Sequence record: NC_042098.1
DNA: 64,000 nt
Direction: 5' to 3' (one strand)
Of the stretch, positions 9,436-18,362 are shown one piece after another (position 1 is the stretch's first letter; every line of letters starts with the position of its first letter). A program made the translations under genes and the position numbers. Under the pieces are notes generated by a model. It searched no databases. It worked only from the letters and a program-made list of their open reading frames with translations, and had not been told where the DNA came from.

Positions 9436-10572
9436 ATGCAGTACAGTACTTTCAACCAGAATAAAGTTGACTATCTCCAAGAACCAATGTTCTTTGGTGA
9501 AGCCGTGTCTGTTTCTCGCTACGACCAACAGCGTTATGAAATCTTTGAAAAATTGATCGAGAAACAACACAGTTTCTTCTGGCGTGAGATTGAGGTCGAT
9601 GTGTCTAAGGATCGTATTGATTTCAATACAAAGCTCACCGACAGTGAAAAACACATCTTCATCAGCAATTTGAAATACCAAACCCTGCTGGACTCGATTC
9701 AGGGTCGCAGTCCTAACGTGGCATTCCTGCCGATCTGTTCTATCCCGGAACTCGAAACCTGGATGGAAACCTGGTCGTTCTCTGAAACGATCCACTCGCG
9801 CTCATACACCCACATCATCCGTAATGTGTTCAATGAACCAGGGGTGGTGTTTGATGATATCGTCACTAACGAACACATCAAAGCCCGCGCAGCATCAGCA
9901 ACCAAATACTACGATGAGTTGATTGAACTCACGTCTTACTGGAATCTGTTGGGTGAAGGCACTCACGTGGTCAACGGTAAGAAAGTCGTGGTTAGTCTTC
10001 GTGCACTGAAACGCCTGCTATTTCTCTGTATGGTGTCTGTTAACGCATTAGAAGCTGTTCGTTTCTATGTGTCGTTCGCCTGTTCATTTGCCTTTGCTGA
10101 ACGTGAGTTGATGGAAGGCAATGCCAAGATCATTAAACTGATCGCCCGCGATGAAGCCCTGCACCTGACCGGCACTCAGTACATGATCAATCTCTTGAAG
10201 TCTGGCGAAGATGATGCTGAGATGGCGGAGATCGTTAAAGAGTGCTGGAAGGAAGCCTGGGACATTTTTGTCGAAGTTGCCGAACAAGAGAAAGATTGGG
10301 CAGCTTACTTGTTCCAGGACGGCGGAATGATTGGTCTGACGGAGAAGGTGATCGTTCAATATATTGAATATATCACTAACGTCCGCATGCGGGCTATCGG
10401 AATGGATATTCCATTCCCTAACGCCACCAGTAATCCAATCCCATGGATCAACTCCTGGCTGGTCTCTGACAACGTACAGGTGGCTCCACAGGAAACAGAA
10501 ATTACATCCTATCTGGTCGGTCAGATCGACTCGAAAGTGGACGCCAACGATTTCGACGATTTCCAACTGTAA
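9436..10572 (+). CDS. nrdB: ribonucleotide reductase class Ia beta subunit
   Basis: E. coli-like motifs [38 protein letters not shown] and VAPQETEI. Confidence 0.97.
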   Translation: MQYSTFNQNKVDYLQEPMFFGEAVSVSRYDQQRYEIFEKLIEKQHSFFWREIEVDVSKDRIDFNTKLTDSEKHIFISNLKYQTLLDSIQGRSPNVAFLPICSIPELETWMETWSFSETIHSRSYTHIIRNVFNEPGVVFDDIVTNEHIKARAASATKYYDELIELTSYWNLLGEGTHVVNGKKVVVSLRALKRLLFLCMVSVNALEAVRFYVSFACSFAFAERELMEGNAKIIKLIARDEALHLTGTQYMINLLKSGEDDAEMAEIVKECWKEAWDIFVEVAEQEKDWAAYLFQDGGMIGLTEKVIVQYIEYITNVRMRAIGMDIPFPNATSNPIPWINSWLVSDNVQVAPQETEITSYLVGQIDSKVDANDFDDFQL

Positions 10573-10593
10573 CTGCTAGGCACCCATGCTTCG

Positions 10594-11217
10594 GTGTGGG
10601 TGCTGTATAAAGGAGGATGTATGGATGTAGGGCAACGCAATGTCCAGATCTCAGATCAGTATGAGATTATCGGCATGGCGGGTGTAAACTACCTGCCTTT
10701 AAAGAAGTCTTCCTCCGATACATACCGCGTGGTGTTGTGTCGGTTGGATGGGTTAGGGCGTGACAACACTAACTTGCATTATGACATCGATGATGCCTTC
10801 ACTGACCACTACCGCTTTATCACCCAGCAACTCCCCTTTGCCGAATTTGATGGCAGGGATCGTGTCACCACACTCATGCAGAACTGGCAAGGCAAAGCAA
10901 CCACCGAGATCATTGACAACATCTTTAGTTCAATTGATCCCGATGCAGGTGCCTTTACGCTAGAAAGCATCAGTGTGGAAAACGGTTACCTTTATGGCGA
11001 AGTCAAATTAGCCAATAGCATTGTGGGAACGAACCTCTCCATGATGTTGAACCACCCACGTCCCGATCAGGCGGCCATGATCTTTGGTGTTCGCTACCTG
11101 TCGGTCAATACCCGGCTTGACGGGCTGCAGTATGCTGACGTCAAGAAGATCTGTGCGTATGACGTGAATATCGTCAGCGAAACCGAATTAACCCAACGTC
11201 GTAACGGGGTAAAATAA
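10594..11217 (+). CDS. prohead-protease-like protein, probably catalytically degenerate
   Basis: motif order resembles the phiKZ gp175-type protease (YRVVL, EFDG, IDPD, GEVK, FGVR, AYDV), but the expected His and Ser are absent. Confidence 0.5.
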   Translation: MWVLYKGGCMDVGQRNVQISDQYEIIGMAGVNYLPLKKSSSDTYRVVLCRLDGLGRDNTNLHYDIDDAFTDHYRFITQQLPFAEFDGRDRVTTLMQNWQGKATTEIIDNIFSSIDPDAGAFTLESISVENGYLYGEVKLANSIVGTNLSMMLNHPRPDQAAMIFGVRYLSVNTRLDGLQYADVKKICAYDVNIVSETELTQRRNGVK

Positions 11218-11251
11218 TGAACCGTTTAAAAGGTGCTGTGAGAACCTATAA

Positions 11252-11869
11252 ATGAAAAGAACAAAAAATATAAAGCTTGATCGTTTTCGTAAGGCATGGA
11301 AATTTAAGAAGGTTACGCTGGCATTGATGGTGGTAACCGGATCGTTTTACCTGGTGGCGTGCGATGAGCCGCGTGATCAGCAAGTACAGATGTATCAGAA
11401 TGCGGATGACTGTAGTCGAGCTCGCCCGCAAGACAAGCAGCGCTGTTCTGATGCGTACAATAACGCCCTGCGTGAATCTGAACGTACCGCCCCGCGTTAC
11501 GGATCGAAAGGAGATTGTGATGCCGAGTTTGGCTCTGACAATTGCTACCAATCCACGGCTCATAGCCCGACCTGGATGCCGTATATGGGCGGATACATGT
11601 ACGGGCGCAACGGGAGTTACGCACAGCCGTTGTATTCCTCACGGGTAACGTCAAGTCCTGCCTATCACCGCTACGTCGATGCTGGCGGACGTAACTACGG
11701 CAGTGCTATCTCTGGACGCTCGATTAATACCACACGCAGCGCGTTAGCGCCCAAGCCTGTAGTCACTTCAACCATTACCCGTGGCGGGTTCGGTGCAAGC
11801 GTGGCACACATGAGTAGTTCTCATTCTTCGTCCAGTCACAGCAGTGGCGGACATTCATCTGGCGGTTAA
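11252..11869 (+). CDS. DUF1190 (YgiB-like) lipoprotein-like protein
   Basis: LVAC lipobox-like motif; APRY..CDAEFG..C, WMPYMGGY, AQPLY, TITRGGFG; Ser/Gly tail. Confidence 0.88.
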   Translation: MKRTKNIKLDRFRKAWKFKKVTLALMVVTGSFYLVACDEPRDQQVQMYQNADDCSRARPQDKQRCSDAYNNALRESERTAPRYGSKGDCDAEFGSDNCYQSTAHSPTWMPYMGGYMYGRNGSYAQPLYSSRVTSSPAYHRYVDAGGRNYGSAISGRSINTTRSALAPKPVVTSTITRGGFGASVAHMSSSHSSSSHSSGGHSSGG

Positions 11870-11878
11870 GGAACAGTA

Positions 11879-12400
11879 ATGCAAATCCCCGGTATGCCAA
11901 CTTCATTTGAAGAGCTGTGCAGTATCATTGTTAAACTCGGGTTAGTTGATGCCTCGGTTGAAAAGACCACTGAGCTTTTGTGGCAGTCTGTCGAAGACCA
12001 CGGCTACACCCATCGGTGGGACGACCCAGATCAAGAGATGACGTCAACAGAACGTTGGTTCAACCGCGCAGAAGAGTTGAAAATGACGTTCCATGGTGAT
12101 GTTGTCGCCATGCTGGTTGATTGGTCTATTATGACGGGTCGTATGGCTCAGTACCATAATGACATTGATTATCAGCAATATTATCGCAACTGGTTGGCTT
12201 CGCAGATCAGTGTTAAGCTACAACTCGATGAGGAAGGCGTCACCGAAACGACCTTACATCCACCAACCTATCGCTATCTTCAAGGTGGCAAGATCTTTGT
12301 CATCAATGCAGCCACTTCTGGTAACGGTGGTGGCATCAACTATTACACCATGTCATTAGAGGAGTATGTGAAGTACATTAAAACGCAACCGGCTATTTAA
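11879..12400 (+). CDS. hypothetical protein
   Basis: tight operon packing; agga RBS. Confidence 0.65.
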   Translation: MQIPGMPTSFEELCSIIVKLGLVDASVEKTTELLWQSVEDHGYTHRWDDPDQEMTSTERWFNRAEELKMTFHGDVVAMLVDWSIMTGRMAQYHNDIDYQQYYRNWLASQISVKLQLDEEGVTETTLHPPTYRYLQGGKIFVINAATSGNGGGINYYTMSLEEYVKYIKTQPAI

Positions 12401-12433
12401 TGTAAGAGCCCGCTATCAGTAGGAGAGTTACGT

Positions 12434-12736
12434 ATGGCGAACAAAAGTGTTATCGGCGTGATCAAATACAGTCGGGTGGACAACAAAGACACCTGGACGG
12501 TCTACCAGCACGGTAAACACGTTGAGCTTTTCCAGAAAGCTTTCCAGCATCCCATCGAGGCGTTTAAGCTTCGGGATATTTCCAAAGTAGGTCGGCCTGA
12601 AGTCAGTCATGCCTCGGGCCATTATCCGATCGTTGATAACCCCAGTATCCGCGTCTTCTACGAAGATGGCAGTATCGGTGTGGGTGCGGGTGCGTTAATC
12701 AACATCATGTTGCAACAGTATCAATTAACGGAGTGA
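12434..12736 (+). CDS. hypothetical protein upstream of the HigA-like gene
   Basis: aggag RBS; 4-nt gap to the next gene. Confidence 0.65.
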   Translation: MANKSVIGVIKYSRVDNKDTWTVYQHGKHVELFQKAFQHPIEAFKLRDISKVGRPEVSHASGHYPIVDNPSIRVFYEDGSIGVGAGALINIMLQQYQLTE

Positions 12737-12740
12737 CATC

Positions 12741-13031
12741 ATGGGTAAAGTCAAAGAGATTTTGTATGGTCGCCGCGGTAGCACGGCCGGTGAGATTCTT
12801 AAGTTAGAATACATGGAGCCGTTAAACCTCACCGTCGATGAAACAGCAAAGAAACTGAAAGTTGCAAAGTCTACCATCAGCCGGATTATTAATGGCCGTT
12901 GCCGCTTGAGCAAGCCCCTTGCCACCAAACTTGCCAAAGCGTTCGCCACTACTCCGGAATACTGGATGAACTTTGCTGACAACTGCACCAACCCCTATCC
13001 AAACTTGCGGGCCAAGGGCTGGTACAGATGA
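12741..13031 (+). CDS. HigA/VapI-family antitoxin-like HTH protein
   Basis: AGEILKLEYMEPLNLT..AKKLKV..STISRIING..LATKLAKAF.TTPEYWMN. Confidence 0.85.
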   Translation: MGKVKEILYGRRGSTAGEILKLEYMEPLNLTVDETAKKLKVAKSTISRIINGRCRLSKPLATKLAKAFATTPEYWMNFADNCTNPYPNLRAKGWYR

Positions 13032-13249
13032 ACATCGCCGAACCCATCTATGAGGTGGAAGTCGGCAAAACGTATCTGTCACCTTCGGGTTTGCCGTTCG
13101 AAGTGTTGTTCTTAGCCGCCCATGGTCAGGACTGCACGGTGCCGATGGTGGTATACCGCAACCTCACCCCGACGTACGACAAACCTGCAGGGCAGATCTG
13201 GACCACATCGGAGTCACTCTTTCTAACACAATTCCGCGTGCCTGCGTGA
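13028..13249 (+). CDS. DUF1653-like protein
   Basis: Y..PSG..FEVL..A.H......MVVYR..L pattern. Confidence 0.7.
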   Translation: MNIAEPIYEVEVGKTYLSPSGLPFEVLFLAAHGQDCTVPMVVYRNLTPTYDKPAGQIWTTSESLFLTQFRVPA

Positions 13250-13293
13250 TGCTATGGCGGTAACTGACCGTCCATCACTACAGAGGCAAGCGC

Positions 13294-13599
13294 ATGTCTA
13301 CGAACGAGAACTTTCATGTATCCGATCAGGCGATTATCGATGCCATCCTGGAATACACCCGTAACGGGAAAGAACCAGCTGTAGTCAAGTACGACCCCGA
13401 TGGCCCTGAAGCAGAACGCATGAGTCAGGAACATCGGATTGTCACCTGGTTTCAAGACATCCGTACCATTGTTGACGCGGTATGTCAACGTCCAGGTTTC
13501 TCCGGGCTTAACGTGCTGAAGATCGCAACCCGTGCTATGGAACAGGATATCATAGCACAGTCAGCGGGACCGGCATCACCTATTAACCCTGAACTGTAG
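13294..13599 (+). CDS. hypothetical protein
   Basis: gagg RBS; operon packing. Confidence 0.6.
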   Translation: MSTNENFHVSDQAIIDAILEYTRNGKEPAVVKYDPDGPEAERMSQEHRIVTWFQDIRTIVDAVCQRPGFSGLNVLKIATRAMEQDIIAQSAGPASPINPEL

Positions 13600-13620
13600 A
13601 AAATAAGAAGACTTTCACAC

Positions 13621-13878
13621 ATGCAATTAAAAGAACTGCTTACCTGCATTCGCCCTGGTGACGTTATCACCAATACCGCCTGGCCACAGGGACGGGCCTT
13701 TACCGTCTCAACGGAGTTCATGAAGTTTCATACCGGTCGTGGTACGGATGTTCATGAACGCAATTCATGCCCAGATGGTGCGTGGCACGGTTGGTCGGTA
13801 GCAAACAAATATGCCACCGTACTTAACCGTCGTGCAGTAGCGCAATCCCACAACCCGATTAAAGAGGACGTTTCATGA
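13621..13878 (+). CDS. hypothetical protein
   Basis: ATGA overlap with the next gene. Confidence 0.55.
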   Translation: MQLKELLTCIRPGDVITNTAWPQGRAFTVSTEFMKFHTGRGTDVHERNSCPDGAWHGWSVANKYATVLNRRAVAQSHNPIKEDVS

Positions 13879-14276
13879 TTACCATTACGGACATGCACGA
13901 TGAAGAAGGGTTCACTGACGAAAAGAAAGATGCGTTAGTGAAACTTCTGCCAGAAGACAACAACGGTCTTGCACACACCTATCGTTTTACTGATGGTGCT
14001 GAAGAGAACCCGTTTGAAGGCTTCCTGATCATCGGCGCCCCAACGCTGGTTTATCACTTTATCCGCACCGGTAAGAATGACGCGGGTGAAGAAGAAGAGA
14101 CCTATCTGGGCCAATACGTCCCAACGGTCGATGGCGGTGTAATGCCAGAGAACGGCCTGGGTCAGAACCTGAGCGACAACGTGGGTACTCGCGTGGCAGA
14201 GTTTGAATCTGTTATTCGTAGCTTCCACCGTAAAGTGCTCGAGCGTCTGGGTCAGCCAGTCCCTGGCGCACGGTAA
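13875..14276 (+). CDS. hypothetical protein, paralogue of 15293..15691
   Basis: gagga RBS; shared F.GFL(I/V)I.P.L.Y motif; followed by a terminator. Confidence 0.7.
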   Translation: MITITDMHDEEGFTDEKKDALVKLLPEDNNGLAHTYRFTDGAEENPFEGFLIIGAPTLVYHFIRTGKNDAGEEEETYLGQYVPTVDGGVMPENGLGQNLSDNVGTRVAEFESVIRSFHRKVLERLGQPVPGAR

Positions 14277-14382
14277 GATGACACCCGGGGGTTCTCCCCG
14301 GGTTTTATGCCGTCTTTTTATTTTTTGTTACAGATTACATAGATGGTACTTATTATACACCACTACTGAAAAGGAATACATC

Positions 14383-15288
14383 ATGTCTGAGCAAGCCGCT
14401 GTAAAACCGAAGAATTATACCAACCTGACTGTCACCATCGCCGGCAATGATCCGGTTGCCGCCACTGCCGTTGCCAGTGTGTTATCAACGTACCTGAACG
14501 AAAAGGGTCTGGCCGGTCGTCGTCTGGGTGAGAATGCTATCGCCCCTGACTTCGCGGTGCAATCTGTTGAAGGCCTGGCTGCTGACCAGAACAACAGTGT
14601 AAACGTTTCTGTTGACACCCTGACCATGGAATCCCTGCAGGGCAAAACCCAAGTCTGGGATTGGCCAACCTGGGGTGACAGCGAACAACCCTGGACCGCG
14701 CTGGTCGGTGACGAACTGCGTAACCTCTGGTCAACGTTCTCCGGTGTGCAGAAGCGCGCTATCTATAAAAGCCTGGCGGCACTGAACATCGTGGTGGAAG
14801 ACGATGAGATGACTGAAGAGAAAGCACAGGAGATCATCAACAACTCTGAAGTTTATGTTGATCTGCGTGATGTGCGTAACGACGGCAGTTATAGACGCGT
14901 GCTGATTGACGGCACAGCAACCATTGAAGAACTCGACGCCATCAAGTTCATCTTCCAGACCGCACGTGAAGGCAACCCGGTCACCCACGAAGACATCACA
15001 CTGCAACAGCAGCAGGATGTCAGCAACGGCGCGCATGCAGCGCCTGAACTGCCGGATGGTCGTGAGACACCAGAGCTGCCGGACACTCTCGAACCGCTGG
15101 CCAGTCCGGAATACAACCCGGAAGATTTAGAGCCGGGTACAGGCATTCCTGCTGTAAACCCAACTGACCCTTCGCTGGCGCCACAAACCAAACAGCAGGC
15201 TGTGTCGTTTGACAACAGCGACAAAGCTACCCTGGCTGCTGCACCTACTTCAGGAACCGTCCGTCCATCCGACGACATGGGAGACTAA
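14383..15288 (+). CDS. hypothetical protein with acidic Pro-rich C-terminus (start moved to 14383)
   Basis: aagga RBS before MSEQAA; the longer ORF-track start crosses a terminator. Confidence 0.7.
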   Translation: MSEQAAVKPKNYTNLTVTIAGNDPVAATAVASVLSTYLNEKGLAGRRLGENAIAPDFAVQSVEGLAADQNNSVNVSVDTLTMESLQGKTQVWDWPTWGDSEQPWTALVGDELRNLWSTFSGVQKRAIYKSLAALNIVVEDDEMTEEKAQEIINNSEVYVDLRDVRNDGSYRRVLIDGTATIEELDAIKFIFQTAREGNPVTHEDITLQQQQDVSNGAHAAPELPDGRETPELPDTLEPLASPEYNPEDLEPGTGIPAVNPTDPSLAPQTKQQAVSFDNSDKATLAAAPTSGTVRPSDDMGD

Positions 15289-15292
15289 GTCA

Positions 15293-15691
15293 ATGCTACC
15301 GAAGTCTGAACCAATCTCCATATTCAGCGTCTCGAGTGTTCAACTGACCGAAGCGTCAGAAGCGCACTTTCGTAAAGAGCTGAACGAGGCAGATGCCATT
15401 CACTCTGTCTACGCCTTTAAAGATGGCTCGCAATTCGGTGCCCGCTTTAATGGCTTTCTGGTGATCACCGGTCCTATCCTGGCGTACCAGTTATTCCGGG
15501 GTAGTGAACTGGAGTCGTCTGAGTTCGTCGGCACCTTTATGTACGGTGAAGGCGGGGAAGCGATTATCCCAGAGAACGTTAAAACGGTGTTCAGTCAATA
15601 TGACCGTAACCGAGTGACCCAGTTTAAGGCATTAGCCCAAGCACTGCACTCAGCGGTCACTGACCACATCAAAGGGGTACGGCGTGACTGA
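15293..15691 (+). CDS. hypothetical protein, paralogue of 13875..14276
   Basis: ATG 4 nt after the previous stop. Confidence 0.65.
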   Translation: MLPKSEPISIFSVSSVQLTEASEAHFRKELNEADAIHSVYAFKDGSQFGARFNGFLVITGPILAYQLFRGSELESSEFVGTFMYGEGGEAIIPENVKTVFSQYDRNRVTQFKALAQALHSAVTDHIKGVRRD

Positions 15692-16388
15692 CATCACTTC
15701 AACACCAGAAGCAGCGGCGGCCCTGCCGGCGTTTAAAGGGATGTTGGGTGAACAGGTAAAAGGCTTCGGAGCAAGCCAGCTTACCGGCTGGCACATTGTG
15801 GTCGCTGATCCGACTGACCTGCCAAAGGGGGTGCAAGAAGGCCTCAGTGCTTTGGTGGGTCGCTCCAGCATCTTTACCTATCTCGGTGCCCGCTGGGTAT
15901 TTGACAGCATCGGCACCGGTTACCTGCAACGCACCCGTATGGTCATTGACCCTGACACGGTTAACATCGAACAGATTGAAGACCGGTCTGCTCAACACGG
16001 TATCGTCCGGGGAAGTGAAGATCGTCGAGAGTGGAACCTGGGTAACTGGGTCGCACACCTCGGGGGTCGCATCAACCGGGATAGCTACCTGGAGTTCGGT
16101 AGTCTGTATGCATTAGATCAGATGATCAATCAGATGCATAAATTGATGTTTCGCACCAAAGATGATGAGCTGAAGATTCACATCGTGGGCGGGTCACCTG
16201 ATGATCAAAAAGTTATTGCCCTGCTGATTGGCGGTGTCTTGGACGACTACGATGTCACCCCGAGCACCAGTCTTGGTAAACTCATTGAAGAGGCATCAGT
16301 TAATCCCCCTTCAATGGATAGCCTGAATGACACAGCGGATCATTCGTTGCGTCTTAAAATTGAAATTAATATCGTGCCTCGTAACTGA
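15684..16388 (+). CDS. hypothetical protein
   Basis: overlapping start; long ORF. Confidence 0.65.
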   Translation: MTDITSTPEAAAALPAFKGMLGEQVKGFGASQLTGWHIVVADPTDLPKGVQEGLSALVGRSSIFTYLGARWVFDSIGTGYLQRTRMVIDPDTVNIEQIEDRSAQHGIVRGSEDRREWNLGNWVAHLGGRINRDSYLEFGSLYALDQMINQMHKLMFRTKDDELKIHIVGGSPDDQKVIALLIGGVLDDYDVTPSTSLGKLIEEASVNPPSMDSLNDTADHSLRLKIEINIVPRN

Positions 16389-16417
16389 GGCCTTATTTCT
16401 CGTCGAAGGAAAAAGAG

Positions 16418-17065
16418 ATGGCTGACATTAACTATTACGAACTGATTCGCAACTGGGGTAAAGCCCGTAACATCATCGGTGGTGGTTCTACCCCGATCGA
16501 TCAGTTCATCAAAGGCACCACGGAAGCGGCAGAGCTCTGGGCCAATGTGTTGGGTAAAGAACCCGCTAAGCTGAAAGATGATATCGGCGATACGCTGGTC
16601 TGTCTGACACAGTCTTACGGCATTGCTGGCAGTGTGGTGATTGAAGACGCAGCATCTCATGCTGACCAGTACCTGGCATCACTGCGTAAAGATTACGAAG
16701 CCTACGGCGAATGGGCACTGAAACGCTTTGCCCTGAAAGTGCTGCGTAGCATGTCTGATATCTCAACACAGATTGAACACGCTCAGTTCGACCCTGACCG
16801 CCATTGTCCGGATCGTCTGTCTGATGAAACTGCAGAGCTGGTAGCCGTCCTGACGGTGATTGCAGAGAACCAGGGCTGGACGCTGGAAGAGTGTCTGGAA
16901 GAAGCGTACAACGACATCAAAGACCGTAAAGGTGTGATGTTCAACGGTGGCTTCGTAAAAGAAGCGAGCCTGTCAGTTGAGCGCGCACAAGAGATGCTGG
17001 CTTCTGGTACCGTCGGTGGCGTGGGTGCTGAATACCTGAATGACTACATCAGCGCAAACAGCTAA
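16418..17065 (+). CDS. MazG-like nucleotide pyrophosphohydrolase
   Basis: EAAEL..DDIGD motif and C-terminal CLEEAYNDIKDRKGVMFNGGFVKE. Confidence 0.82.
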   Translation: MADINYYELIRNWGKARNIIGGGSTPIDQFIKGTTEAAELWANVLGKEPAKLKDDIGDTLVCLTQSYGIAGSVVIEDAASHADQYLASLRKDYEAYGEWALKRFALKVLRSMSDISTQIEHAQFDPDRHCPDRLSDETAELVAVLTVIAENQGWTLEECLEEAYNDIKDRKGVMFNGGFVKEASLSVERAQEMLASGTVGGVGAEYLNDYISANS

Positions 17066-17082
17066 CTGTAAATAAAGCTAAA

Positions 17083-17101
17083 CCTACATTACCTAAGGGA
17101 T
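17083..17101 (+). promoter_or_regulatory. putative early promoter overlapping a terminator hairpin
   Basis: CCTACATTAC-ctaa-GGGAT; the GGGAT is also the left arm of agggatag-tgaaag-ctatccct. Confidence 0.65.
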
Positions 17102-17146
17102 AGTGAAAGCTATCCCTTTTATGCCAATTATAATTGAGGATTCAAA

Positions 17147-17527
17147 ATGAAACAGGTTGCTGCTAATGTAAATGTTCTTTCTGTCGATTATCGTTTCGGC
17201 GCTAAACAGATGGAGACCTACGCCAAGTTTATCACTGATGCATTAACGGCGGGTCGGAAAGTCTTTATCTATGCGGATAAAGAAGCGCGGGCAAAAGTGA
17301 ATGAACTCTTTCCTAAAGTCCTCGGCCAGGAGGTGATGGAGAAGGTACTTGTTCGTGCGTACCCTATTAGTGAACTGACTGCCATTAACGTCGGCCGGGG
17401 TATGTCCAACATGTCGGCTATCTTCATCAGTGAAACCGGGCGTTATACCGATCATATCACGAAAACGTTTTCAGCCGTCAAAGACCATGATGCGCTGATT
17501 GTTGAATGCAACGAAGTGGTGGCGTGA
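17147..17527 (+). CDS. hypothetical protein
   Basis: gagga RBS. Confidence 0.65.
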   Translation: MKQVAANVNVLSVDYRFGAKQMETYAKFITDALTAGRKVFIYADKEARAKVNELFPKVLGQEVMEKVLVRAYPISELTAINVGRGMSNMSAIFISETGRYTDHITKTFSAVKDHDALIVECNEVVA

Positions 17528-17877
17528 TGTCAAAGGCTAAAGCAGTCTGGGATGACCTATCATACACCCTGCTCATTCTGGGCGCGTGGCTTCTGTATAT
17601 TGTCTTTGTTGGCTGGTGCGCTTATTTCTTCCCAGAGAAAACTATCATCAAGAACGATGAGGATTTGCTGGCGTACCAGGAAGGCGATGGGCGTTTCAAT
17701 CGGTTTGTTAACGAAGCATTAGAAACGGTGATTGCTGACACGGAATGTTTATACCCCATCACAATCACTAAACGCGGGCATTGGTTCTTTGCCGCAGATA
17801 TGTTTACTGTTCAGAATGCCAAATGCATAAGTCAGGTTGGTCTCAATAATAACGTGACGACTACCCCGATCATTTAA
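17527..17877 (+). CDS. membrane-anchored hypothetical protein
   Basis: TGATG overlap with the previous gene; N-terminal TM segment. Confidence 0.6.
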   Translation: MSKAKAVWDDLSYTLLILGAWLLYIVFVGWCAYFFPEKTIIKNDEDLLAYQEGDGRFNRFVNEALETVIADTECLYPITITKRGHWFFAADMFTVQNAKCISQVGLNNNVTTTPII

Positions 17878-17919
17878 CCCTCAAGGGAGGTAATTCCTCC
17901 CTATCACTCATTAACCTAC

Positions 17920-18351
17920 TTGTGGAGATTTGCCATGACAACGTCGCGTACTGACTTGATTACTAGCCGGATCAAAGAAGCATTGAATGGGGTCCGGGTA
18001 CAAACCAGTGAGTTGTATCATGAATCGACTGATGTCGCATCGTTCGGTGCGGTAAAAACGGTGATGTTCTTTTGGAATGTAGCTGACAATGATTTAACTG
18101 CTGAGATGGTTGAGCGTGAAATCCTGGTCCGACTACAGACCGAGAACATTTACGTGGCCTTTCACAAAACCCGCCGGCGTGAAGGGGAGCGCTTAATCGC
18201 GGCCAGCATTGCCTGTAATCCGAATAACCCGAATTACACCTACGGCAACCTGCGGGGCTTCACCCAGATGTGGCTACAGAAAAGCTTTGGGGCAACGAAA
18301 GAACGTCTGCAGCAAAAGCAACGTGACAGCAATTTGTTTATTCGTCGTTAA
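17920..18351 (+). CDS. hypothetical protein (start possibly 17935)
   Basis: ORF after a hairpin. Confidence 0.6.
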   Translation: MWRFAMTTSRTDLITSRIKEALNGVRVQTSELYHESTDVASFGAVKTVMFFWNVADNDLTAEMVEREILVRLQTENIYVAFHKTRRREGERLIAASIACNPNNPNYTYGNLRGFTQMWLQKSFGATKERLQQKQRDSNLFIRR

Positions 18352-18362
18352 TTAAGGAACGC

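Noticed and set aside
14203-14382. N-terminal extension of the 361-aa ORF
   Set aside because: It runs through a terminator hairpin and T-tract; the RBS supports the start at 14383
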